From Fidelibacterota bacterium (GTDB taxonomy: Bacteria > Fidelibacterota > Marinisomatia > Marinisomatales > UBA1611), in NCBI GenBank assembly GCA_018671775.1, contig JABHGY010000023.1:1249-65248 (forward strand): a stretch of 64,000 bases of DNA. The letters are read 5' to 3'. Under the pieces are notes generated by a model that was not told the DNA's origin, searched no databases, and saw nothing but the letters and a program-made list of their open reading frames with translations. Every line of letters starts with the position of its first letter. Position 1 is the first letter of the stretch. The position numbers and the translations under genes were made by a program. Shown piece by piece: positions 9,024 to 19,182 of the stretch.

Positions 9024-9539
9024 TCATGTTTTTGATAGTTTCCGAACGAATGTAAAATTTGTTTTATCCAAAACCGTTGTCCATTGATTGCTGTCAAAAA
9101 ACTTGGCAATGAAAGGTTTATTTTTGGGCGTATCAGCGATTAAGATAAATCCATTATTTTTGACAGCAAATCGCATATTTTCTAAAACGGATTGTCTTTC
9201 CATGTCGCTTTTAAACATATGGAGCAATCGATCAATCACGATAATATCAAATTTTTCTTGTGGAACAAAATTTAAGGCGTCTGCCACTTTTCCTATAATA
9301 TTTAGATTGTTCTTTTTTGCTTGTTGCAGTATTTGTTGAATACCAGTTTTGGATAAATCAATACCCAAAACAAAATGACCTTTTTCAGCAATAAAGATAG
9401 CATCTCTTCCTTGTCCACAAGCTAAATCTAAAACGCGAAGATTTGAATCGTTGAGGTGCTCAAAAAAGTCAATAAACTCAATAAAAGGCTCTCCGCAAGC
9501 ATTCGCTTCTTTTTGATATATTTTTTCATAATCTGTCAC
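9024..9539 (-). CDS. Class I SAM-dependent methyltransferase (TehB-like small-molecule type)
   Basis: Motif I VLDLACGQGRDAIFIAEKGHFVLGIDLS and post-I/II segments ...FDIIVIDRLLHMF. Confidence 0.8.
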   Translation of the reverse strand: MTDYEKIYQKEANACGEPFIEFIDFFEHLNDSNLRVLDLACGQGRDAIFIAEKGHFVLGIDLSKTGIQQILQQAKKNNLNIIGKVADALNFVPQEKFDIIVIDRLLHMFKSDMERQSVLENMRFAVKNNGFILIADTPKNKPFIAKFFDSNQWTTVLDKTNFTFVRKLSKT

Positions 9540-9545
9540 TATAGA

Positions 9546-9695
9546 TTAATTTTTATTTAACGTATTTGACGTTTTCAATGATGCCTTAAATTCTTCAAAG
9601 TCTTGTTTTAATTTGTTAAGATCATTTTTTGCTGTTATCGCATAAGATAAACCTGTTAATCCAAAAATAAATCCTAATATTCCCATAGTTTCCAT
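9546..9695 (-). CDS. Unlisted small ORF (49 aa), predicted single-pass membrane protein
   Basis: Hand translation gives METMGILGFIFGLTGLSYAITAKNDLNKLKQDFEEFKASLKTSNTLNKN. A GAAAGGAAAT Shine-Dalgarno-like sequence ends about 4 nt before the ATG. It fills the otherwise empty gap between ftsB and the methyltransferase on the same strand. It is below the 60-aa cutoff of the ORF track. Confidence 0.4.
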   Translation of the reverse strand: METMGILGFIFGLTGLSYAITAKNDLNKLKQDFEEFKASLKTSNTLNKN

Positions 9696-9729
9696 ACTTA
9701 TTTCCTTTCAGAACCTTCATCAATAAAAA

Positions 9730-11393
<1,664 letters not shown>

Positions 11394-11467
11394 TCAAATT
11401 AGATTTAAGCATCAAATACAGCAACTCCCGATTTGGAACATTCAGAAAAACTTAGCATTTTTAATCT

Positions 11468-12457
11468 ATGATAAAAATTAAACCTTATACGTCCAGCGAT
11501 TTGGCGCAATGGAATGAACTGGTAAACCAATCGGATAATGGCACACTTTTTCATCTCCGTAATTTTTTAGATTATCATCCTCCTGAAAGATTCAAAGATC
11601 ATTCTCTCATGATTTATAATGATGAAAAATTGCTAGCCCTTATTCCCGGAGCCGAATTAGAAGAGAATGGCAAGAAAATTTATTTTTCCCATCCAGGAGC
11701 CAGCTATGGCGGGTTTGTTTTTCGTTCCAGTCCCTTTGCTCGTTGCGACCAATGGATTCGAGCATTTGATGTGTATTTAAAAGAACATCATTTTCATCGA
11801 GCAACACTTGTGCAAGTGCCAAGAATCTATGGGACATTTGAAGATGAGACTTTAGAATATGCATTGCTTTGGAATGGCTATGAAGTGAGTGAAAATTATA
11901 TTTCTTCTGTGATTCCCATTGATGCAGATTCTGATGAATTATGTCGACGAGTGTATAAAAGGAAAAATCGTTCAAAAAAATATTACGAAAACTTAATGGT
12001 TGATAGCGGTTTGACTTATCTATGGGAAAACGATTTTGAAAGATTTTATCCCATTCTTTTAGAGAACAAAGCCAAGTTTGACGCTAAACCTACTCACGCA
12101 CTGGAAGAATTATATAGATTAGATTCATTGGCCCCAAATCGTCTCAAACTTTTGCTTCTTTTAAAAGATGGGGAAATAATTGGTGGCACGTTAAATTTTA
12201 TTGCGAACGCTAAAACTGTGATAATATTTTACAATATGATGAATTATGATTACGCCGATTTACAGCCCGCCGTGTTTCAAGTTTTGGAAACAATTCGCTG
12301 GGCTTCTTCTCAAGGATTTCAATATCTTGATTTTGGAGTATCTCAAGACCCAAAAGCAGAAAATCCGCTTACACCTCATCCATCCCTGATTCGCTTTAAA
12401 GAAGAATTTGGGGCTTTTGGACTCGTAAGAAAAGTGTTTCAAAAGGATTATAAATAA
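11468..12457 (+). CDS. FemAB-like / GNAT (Acetyltransf_6-type) transferase, probably glycan-modifying
   Basis: N-terminus ...SDLAQWNELVNQSDNGTLFHLRNFLDYH and C-terminal ...LETIRWASSQGFQYLDFGVSQ...SLIRFKEEFGAFG resemble the FemAB/BioF2-like acetyltransferase fold family. It is the first gene of a glycan locus. Confidence 0.45.
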   Translation: MIKIKPYTSSDLAQWNELVNQSDNGTLFHLRNFLDYHPPERFKDHSLMIYNDEKLLALIPGAELEENGKKIYFSHPGASYGGFVFRSSPFARCDQWIRAFDVYLKEHHFHRATLVQVPRIYGTFEDETLEYALLWNGYEVSENYISSVIPIDADSDELCRRVYKRKNRSKKYYENLMVDSGLTYLWENDFERFYPILLENKAKFDAKPTHALEELYRLDSLAPNRLKLLLLLKDGEIIGGTLNFIANAKTVIIFYNMMNYDYADLQPAVFQVLETIRWASSQGFQYLDFGVSQDPKAENPLTPHPSLIRFKEEFGAFGLVRKVFQKDYK

Positions 12458-12460
12458 AGC

Positions 12461-12486
12461 ATTTTGAAAATATTTTTTTTCAAAAT
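12461..12486. repeat. Perfect 10-bp AT-only inverted repeat in intergenic spacer
   Basis: attttgaaaa (12461-12470), then loop tatttt, then ttttcaaaat (12477-12486), between the stop at 12457 and the flippase start at 12511. It could be a weak terminator or a protein-binding site. Confidence 0.3.
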
Positions 12487-12510
12487 AGAACTATTTTACG
12501 TACGAATTAG

Positions 12511-13929
12511 ATGTCAATAAAATCCCTGGGGAAACAATCGTTGATTTATGGGGCGGGGCACATTTTGGCTCGTTTGGTTACCTTCATCCTTTTGCCTGTT
12601 TACACCAACATTCTTACTCAAAGTGACTTTGGTATTATTTCACTCGTTTATACATTTTTAGGATTTATGACCGTGATTTTGCATTATGGTTTAGATGCTT
12701 CTTTGCTAAAGCATTATGTTCCAGCTGAGCCCAAAGAAAAAAAATCCATTTTGACCAATGCTTATTTTTCTTTTGTGATTACATCATTGATATTTTCTGT
12801 CGGACTTATCCTGTTTCGCCATCACGTTTCATTTTTTTTATTTGGGGCAGCTTTGCCAAAAATTGTTATGATGGTGGCAGCGATTTTATTTTTTGATGTA
12901 CTTTGGGCTATTCATGTGATGATTTTACGAGCAGAAGAGAAGCCAATCGCATTTGTAAGCACGAGTTTACTGAATGTCTGCTTAACTCTCGGGCTCAATA
13001 TCTATTTTGTCGTTTACCTTCACGAAGGTATTCTGGGTGTGGTAAAGAGTAATTTGGTTACATCAGGTCTTTTGTTTATCGGCTCTTTCCCCGTATTATT
13101 TTCCCGTATTTCACTAGCATCACTTTCGAAAGCTAAATGGAAAAAAATGATGAAATTTGGCATGCCCTTTTTACCGGCAGGAATTTTTTCCATGATTTTA
13201 GAATTATCTGACCGCTATATTTTAAATTATCTCACGGATTTAGAAACGGTTGGACTTTATAATGCTGGATATAAATTGGGGATGTTTATGTTGCTCGTTG
13301 CTATGGGGTTTAATATGGGCTGGCAACCGTATTTTCTCAAAAAGAGCCCCGATGACACAGGCTATATTTCAAAAATAACAACAGCTGTTTTATTTTTGAT
13401 GGGATTCTTTTGGTTTTTACTTGCTTTGTGGACGAAAGATTTGGTTCGACTTCAATTTGGGAATTATTCCTTTTTTGGCGAAGAATATTGGGCTGCTGTA
13501 AATATTGTTCCATTTGTTGCTGGTGCTTACGTTTTTCATGGCATGTATTTATTACAACTTCCTGGAGTTTATCTCAAAGAAAAACCGAGTTGGATTGCCC
13601 TAGTTCGTGGATTGGGAGCAATCTCTAATATTGGACTTAATTTTATGTTGATTCCAATATATGGAATTATGGGGGCGGCTTTGGCAACGTGTATTTCATT
13701 TTTTTTAATGGCAGTTTTTCTGTTTTTTATTAATAAACAAATTTTCCCCATAAACTATGAATGGAAGAACATCATTGTTATTTTCATTACGGCTTTGGGA
13801 TTTTATTTCTTATCTATTAATGTGGAATTATCCTTCTTGCAAAAATTATTAATGAGCCTATCTTTTCCTGTGATTCTTTTGCTTTTAGGCGTGGTTCGAA
13901 TCAAAGATTTAAAAACTATTGCCAATTAA
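12511..13929 (+). CDS. Oligosaccharide flippase (MOP/Wzx family)
   Basis: About 14 TM segments. The N-terminus SLIYGAGHILARLVTFILLPVYTNILTQSDFGIISL is typical of polysaccharide-biosynthesis Wzx-type flippases. Confidence 0.8.
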   Translation: MSIKSLGKQSLIYGAGHILARLVTFILLPVYTNILTQSDFGIISLVYTFLGFMTVILHYGLDASLLKHYVPAEPKEKKSILTNAYFSFVITSLIFSVGLILFRHHVSFFLFGAALPKIVMMVAAILFFDVLWAIHVMILRAEEKPIAFVSTSLLNVCLTLGLNIYFVVYLHEGILGVVKSNLVTSGLLFIGSFPVLFSRISLASLSKAKWKKMMKFGMPFLPAGIFSMILELSDRYILNYLTDLETVGLYNAGYKLGMFMLLVAMGFNMGWQPYFLKKSPDDTGYISKITTAVLFLMGFFWFLLALWTKDLVRLQFGNYSFFGEEYWAAVNIVPFVAGAYVFHGMYLLQLPGVYLKEKPSWIALVRGLGAISNIGLNFMLIPIYGIMGAALATCISFFLMAVFLFFINKQIFPINYEWKNIIVIFITALGFYFLSINVELSFLQKLLMSLSFPVILLLLGVVRIKDLKTIAN

Positions 13930-15304
13930 TTTTGTGAAATATCCTGCTAATATCATTAGAAGTATAGAAGATCAAGAGCCTATTGAATCAATATCAGCTC
14001 AGGGGCTAAAAATTTGGCCTATTCTTCGAAATGTGATTTTTGATAGATTAGAAAAGCGGGAAATCGAGCGTAAGAAAACTGGAATTAAAAAAGTGTTCTC
14101 CAGTTTACAGAATTACTTTTGGCAAGTAAAAAACAGGAACAAACATTTTTCTGCTTTGTTGTTTACAGATAGCTTGGAAGAGCAAAGAATTGATGGAAAA
14201 ATCTCGGATAAAATCGCTCATAATATATTGAAGGAGCTGGGCGATGATATTTTGCTCGTTACAAATACGCTTGGGGAAAAGCACAAACAGATTCAAAAAT
14301 ATGCTCATCCTCATTGTTTAAACACATCTTATTTTACCCTTCCTGCAAAATGGGCGAAAAAGATTTCCCCAATTGAGAACGGTCAAATTTTGAAGAGCAT
14401 CAATCAAACCTTGAATTTGGACATTGATTTTCAAGATACAATCAATCTGTTTTTTACTTATGTTCACATTTTTGATGCTTATCTTTTGAAAGCAAAACCC
14501 AATAATATTTTTATTAATTGTTCCTATTCTATTTTGCATCAAGCTCTTAATTATTCGGCAAAAAAACAGGACATTCAAACCATAGAACTTCAGCATGGTG
14601 TGATTTCGAAAATGCAATCTCCGTATATGCCAAGTAAGGATATATCTAGAAAAACTTATCCAGATTGTTTTTTAAGTTTTGGAAGGGACGAAAAAGATAG
14701 AATTAGTCCTAATTTTATTCCAAGCAAAAATATTTATCCAATTGGACATTTTTATCTTGAGAGGATGAAGAACAAGATTTTTGATAAAAAAACAGAAAAT
14801 TATTTTAAATCGCTTTATGACAAATATGAAAAAATTATCACCATATCATCCCAAGAAACCATTGAAAAAGAATTATTTAACTTTGTTAAAAAAGCGAGCG
14901 AACGCTTGCCTCATGTGGGATTTATTTTTGTGCCACGAAAGGATCATACCTTTTCATTCAAAAATAAGCTTCCAGAAAATATTATATTAAATTCTAAAAT
15001 AGACTTATATACGAACACACGATTTTCCGATTTTCATTCTAGTGTTTATTCTTCTTTTGCGAGTGAGGCTTTGTTTTTAGAAACGCCGAATATCATGATT
15101 AATATACAAGGATTATCAAGGGCATATTTTTCTGATGTCTTCAAAAATAACGCTTTGGTAAAGTTTGTAGAAACACCAGAGGAATATGCAAACCTAATTC
15201 AAAATTGGATGCCAAATCAATCTGAATTTAAAGAAAGAAACGATCAGCTTTTTGAACAAAACAATTTTGAAGCAGTGCAAAAATTTATGAAAATATTGTC
15301 ATGA
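13919..15304 (+). CDS. Uncharacterised soluble protein of the glycan locus, possibly a GT-B-like transferase
   Basis: Long ORF with no TM segments. IELQHGVISK and the C-terminal FHSSVYSSFASEALFLETPNIMI recall capsule/teichoic-type GT-B transferases. The assignment is weak. Confidence 0.35.
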   Translation: MPINFVKYPANIIRSIEDQEPIESISAQGLKIWPILRNVIFDRLEKREIERKKTGIKKVFSSLQNYFWQVKNRNKHFSALLFTDSLEEQRIDGKISDKIAHNILKELGDDILLVTNTLGEKHKQIQKYAHPHCLNTSYFTLPAKWAKKISPIENGQILKSINQTLNLDIDFQDTINLFFTYVHIFDAYLLKAKPNNIFINCSYSILHQALNYSAKKQDIQTIELQHGVISKMQSPYMPSKDISRKTYPDCFLSFGRDEKDRISPNFIPSKNIYPIGHFYLERMKNKIFDKKTENYFKSLYDKYEKIITISSQETIEKELFNFVKKASERLPHVGFIFVPRKDHTFSFKNKLPENIILNSKIDLYTNTRFSDFHSSVYSSFASEALFLETPNIMINIQGLSRAYFSDVFKNNALVKFVETPEEYANLIQNWMPNQSEFKERNDQLFEQNNFEAVQKFMKILS

Positions 15305-16389
15305 CAAAAATTTTATATATTTCCCCAGAAAATACCGTTGGCACGCTTTCTCAATGGAAAAAAATGCACGAAGCAAGAGGGAATCAGTGTGAGATTGTGA
15401 CTCTGTACCCAGCTAAGCATCAGTATGAAGAGGGAATCTGCCTCAATCTTCCTTTGATTTCAACTGATTCTTGGTACACAAAATTTCGCCACAAATACTA
15501 TCAAGTTCATCGCGGGAAATTGGGCGATTATCAAGAAAAAGAAGGCTTCCCTCCAACGTGGGAACCTCACTCATTTTTTGAAAAAAAATATTTCAAATTT
15601 CGAGATTGGATTTGGCATTTTTATATTGAACCAGCCATTAAAGAATATGGATTAATGGACTACGATATTTATCATTTTGAATGGGGGCTTGGATTATATC
15701 GAGATAGTCGTTTTGCCAAAAGGGTCGCGGAAGCGGGGAAGGCAATCGTCTGCACATATCACGGACAAGATATGCGAACCCGTGGCGTGATTCCCGAAAT
15801 GGATGCTTTGAGTCAATTGAATTTGACCAGCGAATTAGATTTGGTAGAAAAACATCCAAATTTAGATTATCTTTTTCTTCCTTTTGATACAGAGCAATAT
15901 AATATCATAGATACAGTTCGCTCGCCCGTAAAAGTGTGTCACAGCCCAACAAATCGACATTATAAAGGGAGCGAAGATATTATTCCAATTTGCCAAAAAT
16001 TAGCCGAAGAAGGATTGATTGCTTTTAATTTGATTGAAAATCAACCCTATGAACAAGTCATCAAACAAAAACAAGAAAGCGATATTCTTGTTGATCAAAT
16101 CCACAATCGTGGCGGATGGGGCTATGGTATGAATTCAGTAGAATCTTTGGCTATGGGTTTGGTTTGCATGACCGAATTGGTGGAACCTTATCAAACATTT
16201 ATCCCTGATCATCCTTTTATTCATATTACAGCAGAGACATTTGAACAATCGCTTCGAGATCTAATCTCTAATCCTGCGCTTTTAAAAGAAAAGAAACAAA
16301 AAAGTAAAGCATGGGTGGAAAAATATCATAGTCATAAAAGTGTATCAAAAGTGCTTTATGCTTATTACAAGCAAAAAGGATGGATTTAA
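15301..16389 (+). CDS. Glycosyltransferase (GT-B, family 4-like)
   Basis: The C-terminal half ...SDILVDQIHNRGGWGYGMNSVESLAMGLVCMTEL resembles the EX7E-region of GT4 enzymes. ATGA overlap with the upstream gene. Confidence 0.6.
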   Translation: MTKILYISPENTVGTLSQWKKMHEARGNQCEIVTLYPAKHQYEEGICLNLPLISTDSWYTKFRHKYYQVHRGKLGDYQEKEGFPPTWEPHSFFEKKYFKFRDWIWHFYIEPAIKEYGLMDYDIYHFEWGLGLYRDSRFAKRVAEAGKAIVCTYHGQDMRTRGVIPEMDALSQLNLTSELDLVEKHPNLDYLFLPFDTEQYNIIDTVRSPVKVCHSPTNRHYKGSEDIIPICQKLAEEGLIAFNLIENQPYEQVIKQKQESDILVDQIHNRGGWGYGMNSVESLAMGLVCMTELVEPYQTFIPDHPFIHITAETFEQSLRDLISNPALLKEKKQKSKAWVEKYHSHKSVSKVLYAYYKQKGWI

Positions 16390-16390
16390 A

Positions 16391-17506
16391 ATGAATCTTA
16401 ACATTGTCAGTTTAGACATTCCCTATCCTCCTAATTATGGTGGTGCGATTGATATTTTTTTCAGAATTAAGGCCTTAGCTGAATTAAACTGTAAAATCAC
16501 GCTTCATTGTTTTTACTCTGACCGACAGCCAGCTTTCTCATTAGAAGCCTATTGTGAAAAAGTATATTATTATCCCAGAAAACAAAAACGCATCACACGA
16601 TTTTTAAGCCTTAAGCCCTACTTGGTTGCATCTAGAGATTCCGTTGCTTTACTCAGTCGTCTATTAGAGAATAATTACCCCATTTTTTTTGATGGATTAC
16701 AAAGTACATTTTTAGCAGATAAACCCGATTTAATCAAGAGGAAAAAATATGTTCGGATTCATAATCTTGAATCTCAATATATGAAGCATTTAGCTTGTTC
16801 GGAAAAATCTATTATTATGAAAATGGGACTTTATTTAGAATCGATTAAATATAGGTTATTTGAGAAAAAGATAGGTTGTTTTGATTTTGTTTTTCCTATT
16901 TCAAATCCAGATAAAACCTTTTATGCTAAGTATAATAAAAAGATAAAAACCATTCCTCCTTTCCATGGAAATAAAGATGTTCAAAGTTTAATTGGGACGG
17001 GAAAATATATTTTATATCATGGGAATTTTAATGTGAGTGAAAATATAACGGCGATTAGATTCTTGTTAGATAACGTTTTTAATGGTTTAGATTTTTCTAT
17101 TATTATTGCTGGAATGAATGCAAGTGAGAAACTGTCTTCTTTTCAAAATGATAAGATAAAAATTGTCAATAATCCAAATAAGCATCATATGAATTTATTA
17201 ATCAGGGAAGCTCAGATTAACATTTTACCTACTTTTCAAGCAACGGGAGTAAAATTAAAATTAATTAATAGTTTATATATTGGGCGACATTGTCTTGTTA
17301 ATCCAAAAATGATAGAGCCAACACCAAACTTAGAGGAATTGTGTGTTATCTGTGACTCTCCTGATCACTTTATTACTAAAATTAGAGAATATATGGAAAA
17401 ACCGTTTAATCGCGAAATGGCACAAAAAAGGCAGGATATTTTATCAAAAATCTTAAATAATAGGGTGAATGCAAAACTAATATTCGAAGAGATGAAAGCA
17501 TATTAA
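16391..17506 (+). CDS. Glycosyltransferase family 1/4
   Basis: MNLNIVSLDIPYPPNYGGAIDIFFRIKAL is the typical GT4 N-terminal glycine-rich start. ATG 16391 lies directly after the upstream stop; the track start at 16340 is an extension into the preceding gene. Confidence 0.65.
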   Translation: MNLNIVSLDIPYPPNYGGAIDIFFRIKALAELNCKITLHCFYSDRQPAFSLEAYCEKVYYYPRKQKRITRFLSLKPYLVASRDSVALLSRLLENNYPIFFDGLQSTFLADKPDLIKRKKYVRIHNLESQYMKHLACSEKSIIMKMGLYLESIKYRLFEKKIGCFDFVFPISNPDKTFYAKYNKKIKTIPPFHGNKDVQSLIGTGKYILYHGNFNVSENITAIRFLLDNVFNGLDFSIIIAGMNASEKLSSFQNDKIKIVNNPNKHHMNLLIREAQINILPTFQATGVKLKLINSLYIGRHCLVNPKMIEPTPNLEELCVICDSPDHFITKIREYMEKPFNREMAQKRQDILSKILNNRVNAKLIFEEMKAY

Positions 17507-17652
17507 GACTTTTATAGAATAAATTTATTACAGGTTGAGATGATATTATTGACAATAATTACGGAGAGCAAAAAGTCAACAAAATGACCGTAAGATGCAA
17601 ATAATAATAATTATTGCTAATTTGAAGATTTTGTGTAAATTTAGACGATTGG

Positions 17653-17765
17653 AAAGGGACTAACCCTTTAAAATTAAAACATTTTGTTGTTTTATCTTTT
17701 GAAGGAGTGAGCGAGGCTCATATAACCCCCTTTTTATTTCTAGAATAAACCAAGGAGGTCATAGA
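17653..17765 (+). promoter_or_regulatory. Structured 5' leader upstream of the small-protein pair (hairpins, C5T5 tract, strong SD)
   Basis: Elements in order: hairpin aaaggg-actaa-cccttt (17653-17669); SD-like GAAGGAG (17701-17707); hairpin tgagc-gag-gctca (17708-17720); C5T5 tract (17726-17735), which is complementary to AAGGAGG with one mismatch; and the real SD AAGGAGGT (17752-17759), 6 nt before ATG 17766. Confidence 0.3.
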
Positions 17766-17975
17766 ATGGCAGATATCAACACAACCGTAAAGAATGCATC
17801 ATCAGGACTTGTTAGCGTAATAAAAGCGCTTATCGTTCTGTTTGTATTTGTTAACATTTTATATTCAACTGGATTTTCTCCAATTGATGGAATTGTTGAC
17901 TTGGTAAACATGTTTCTTGATGGTGGTTTTGCAGGCTTGCTAGCCCTGTTGGTCTTTCTCACATTCCTAGGATAA
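17766..17975 (+). CDS. Small hydrophobic membrane protein, paralogue 1 (69 aa), function unknown
   Basis: Perfect SD AAGGAGGT upstream and two predicted TM segments. It shares a gapless alignment with the next ORF, including DGGFAGLLAL versus DAGFAGLLAL. Confidence 0.75.
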   Translation: MADINTTVKNASSGLVSVIKALIVLFVFVNILYSTGFSPIDGIVDLVNMFLDGGFAGLLALLVFLTFLG

Positions 17976-18035
17976 TCATAGAATAGAATGGCTGTTATTT
18001 AGCCACTCACTATGTAAAATTAGGAGGAAAAACAC

Positions 18036-18251
18036 ATGCGAAAAGCTTTAGACACAGTTAACGAATGGTTGGGACTACTTACTGAACTCGCTAAGAGTTT
18101 AATCGTAGTCGGAATCGTCGTTGGCATCCTGTTTGACGATTACTTCGGCGTCATTGCTGGCATTGGCCGCTTGATGTCTCAGTTTGGAGATGCAGGATTT
18201 GCCGGACTTCTTGCATTAGCAGTCATGGTGATGTGGTATCAAAAGAAATAG
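18036..18251 (+). CDS. Small hydrophobic membrane protein, paralogue 2 (71 aa), function unknown
   Basis: SD AGGAGG (18022-18027) lies 8 nt before the ATG. By my manual gapless alignment, 27 of 69 positions are identical to paralogue 1. In the shared GFAGLLAL block, 7 of 8 codons differ synonymously, which indicates selection at the protein level. Confidence 0.8.
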   Translation: MRKALDTVNEWLGLLTELAKSLIVVGIVVGILFDDYFGVIAGIGRLMSQFGDAGFAGLLALAVMVMWYQKK

Positions 18252-18275
18252 ACGATACCTCGCAAGGAACTAAAA

Positions 18276-18316
18276 TTACGCCTCGCCTGATTTGTTGGGA
18301 CGAGGCGTAATTGTTT
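18276..18316 (+). terminator. Rho-independent terminator after the small-protein pair
   Basis: Perfect 10-bp stem ttacgcctcg (18276-18285) / cgaggcgtaa (18301-18310), followed by ttgttt. Confidence 0.6.
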
Positions 18317-18318
18317 AT

Positions 18319-19182
18319 ATGAGCTCATGCTTCTTAGTAAGGATAGGACAGCGTAATCTATTATTTATAAAAAGGGTTGTATATAATCTCTTAAGTATAT
18401 CTCTTTTATTTGGTGCCTTTGAAACAATTCCCAACTCAGCTTATAATTTAGCTTTAGGCAATCCAATCATTAATGTAAGCGGAATGGGGAATGGTGCATT
18501 TTATGATTCTGGGAGTTTATCCAAAAACCGAAAAATACATTTTTCAGGCACGGTAGGGAATAAATTTGGCTTGTCTGAATTAAAGGAATCATCCTGGTTG
18601 ATTGGCTTGCCTTATGGACAATATAATACTGGATTTGGCGTTCGGACATTTGGAAATCATTTATACCAAGAAACGGTCATCAATTTTTTTGGAGCAGGGC
18701 AATTAAAGAATAAATTGTCTTGGGGATGTTCGATAAACTATTATCATATTTTTATCCAGGATTATGGAAATACTTCTACCCTTGGTATTGGCTTATCTTG
18801 GCGGAGCAATCTTTCCAAAAATTTTACCTTTGTTGGATTACTAAACAATATTAATCATCCATCTTTAGGAAAAGACCAGGAGGCGCTTCCACAAATAATT
18901 TCATCGGGTTTGCTTTATAGATTTGAAAATAAGATAAAAGCGTATTTATCTTGGGAGCAAGATATAGAATATTCTGGCAGCATAAAATTTGGATGTTCCT
19001 ATTCCCCGCTACCATATTTAGGATTTGCAATAGGCGGTGGTTCGAATCCAGGCATAACTACGGCCGGCTTTTTTATTTCACCTTCAACCTTTCGTATAGA
19101 ATACGGGATTATTTCTTATGAAAGCATTGGAAGATATTCCCATAAAATTAGTATATCTTACTTTATTCCTTTTTCTTATTGA
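18319..19182 (+). CDS. Putative outer-membrane beta-barrel protein (distantly PorP/SprF-like?)
   Basis: Alternating beta-strand pattern throughout, Gly/aromatic-rich, with a C-terminal ...ISISYFIPFSY. The N-terminal AYNLALGNPIINVSG weakly recalls the NPAxxG start of PorP/SprF barrels. The track start at 18292 lies inside the terminator stem-loop, so ATG 18319 is preferred. Confidence 0.45.
   Translation: MSSCFLVRIGQRNLLFIKRVVYNLLSISLLFGAFETIPNSAYNLALGNPIINVSGMGNGAFYDSGSLSKNRKIHFSGTVGNKFGLSELKESSWLIGLPYGQYNTGFGVRTFGNHLYQETVINFFGAGQLKNKLSWGCSINYYHIFIQDYGNTSTLGIGLSWRSNLSKNFTFVGLLNNINHPSLGKDQEALPQIISSGLLYRFENKIKAYLSWEQDIEYSGSIKFGCSYSPLPYLGFAIGGGSNPGITTAGFFISPSTFRIEYGIISYESIGRYSHKISISYFIPFSY

Noticed and set aside
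16340-16390. 5' extensions of several track ORFs (16340, 18292, 28365, 39110, 40394, 40968, 52901, 52928, 55893, 56672, 2406, 46122)
   Set aside because: Each extension runs into the preceding gene or a terminator. In every case an internal ATG gives a canonical N-terminus (signal peptide, lipobox or family-typical start), often with an ATGA/TTGA junction.
17766-18251. Known small-protein families for the paralogue pair (type IV/Flp pilin, two-peptide bacteriocin, LH antenna alpha/beta, ATP synthase c, TatA)
   Set aside because: None of the diagnostic features is present: no G/FTLIE prepilin site, no GG leader, no conserved His, no c-ring acidic residue pattern, and no TatA hinge or amphipathic helix motif.
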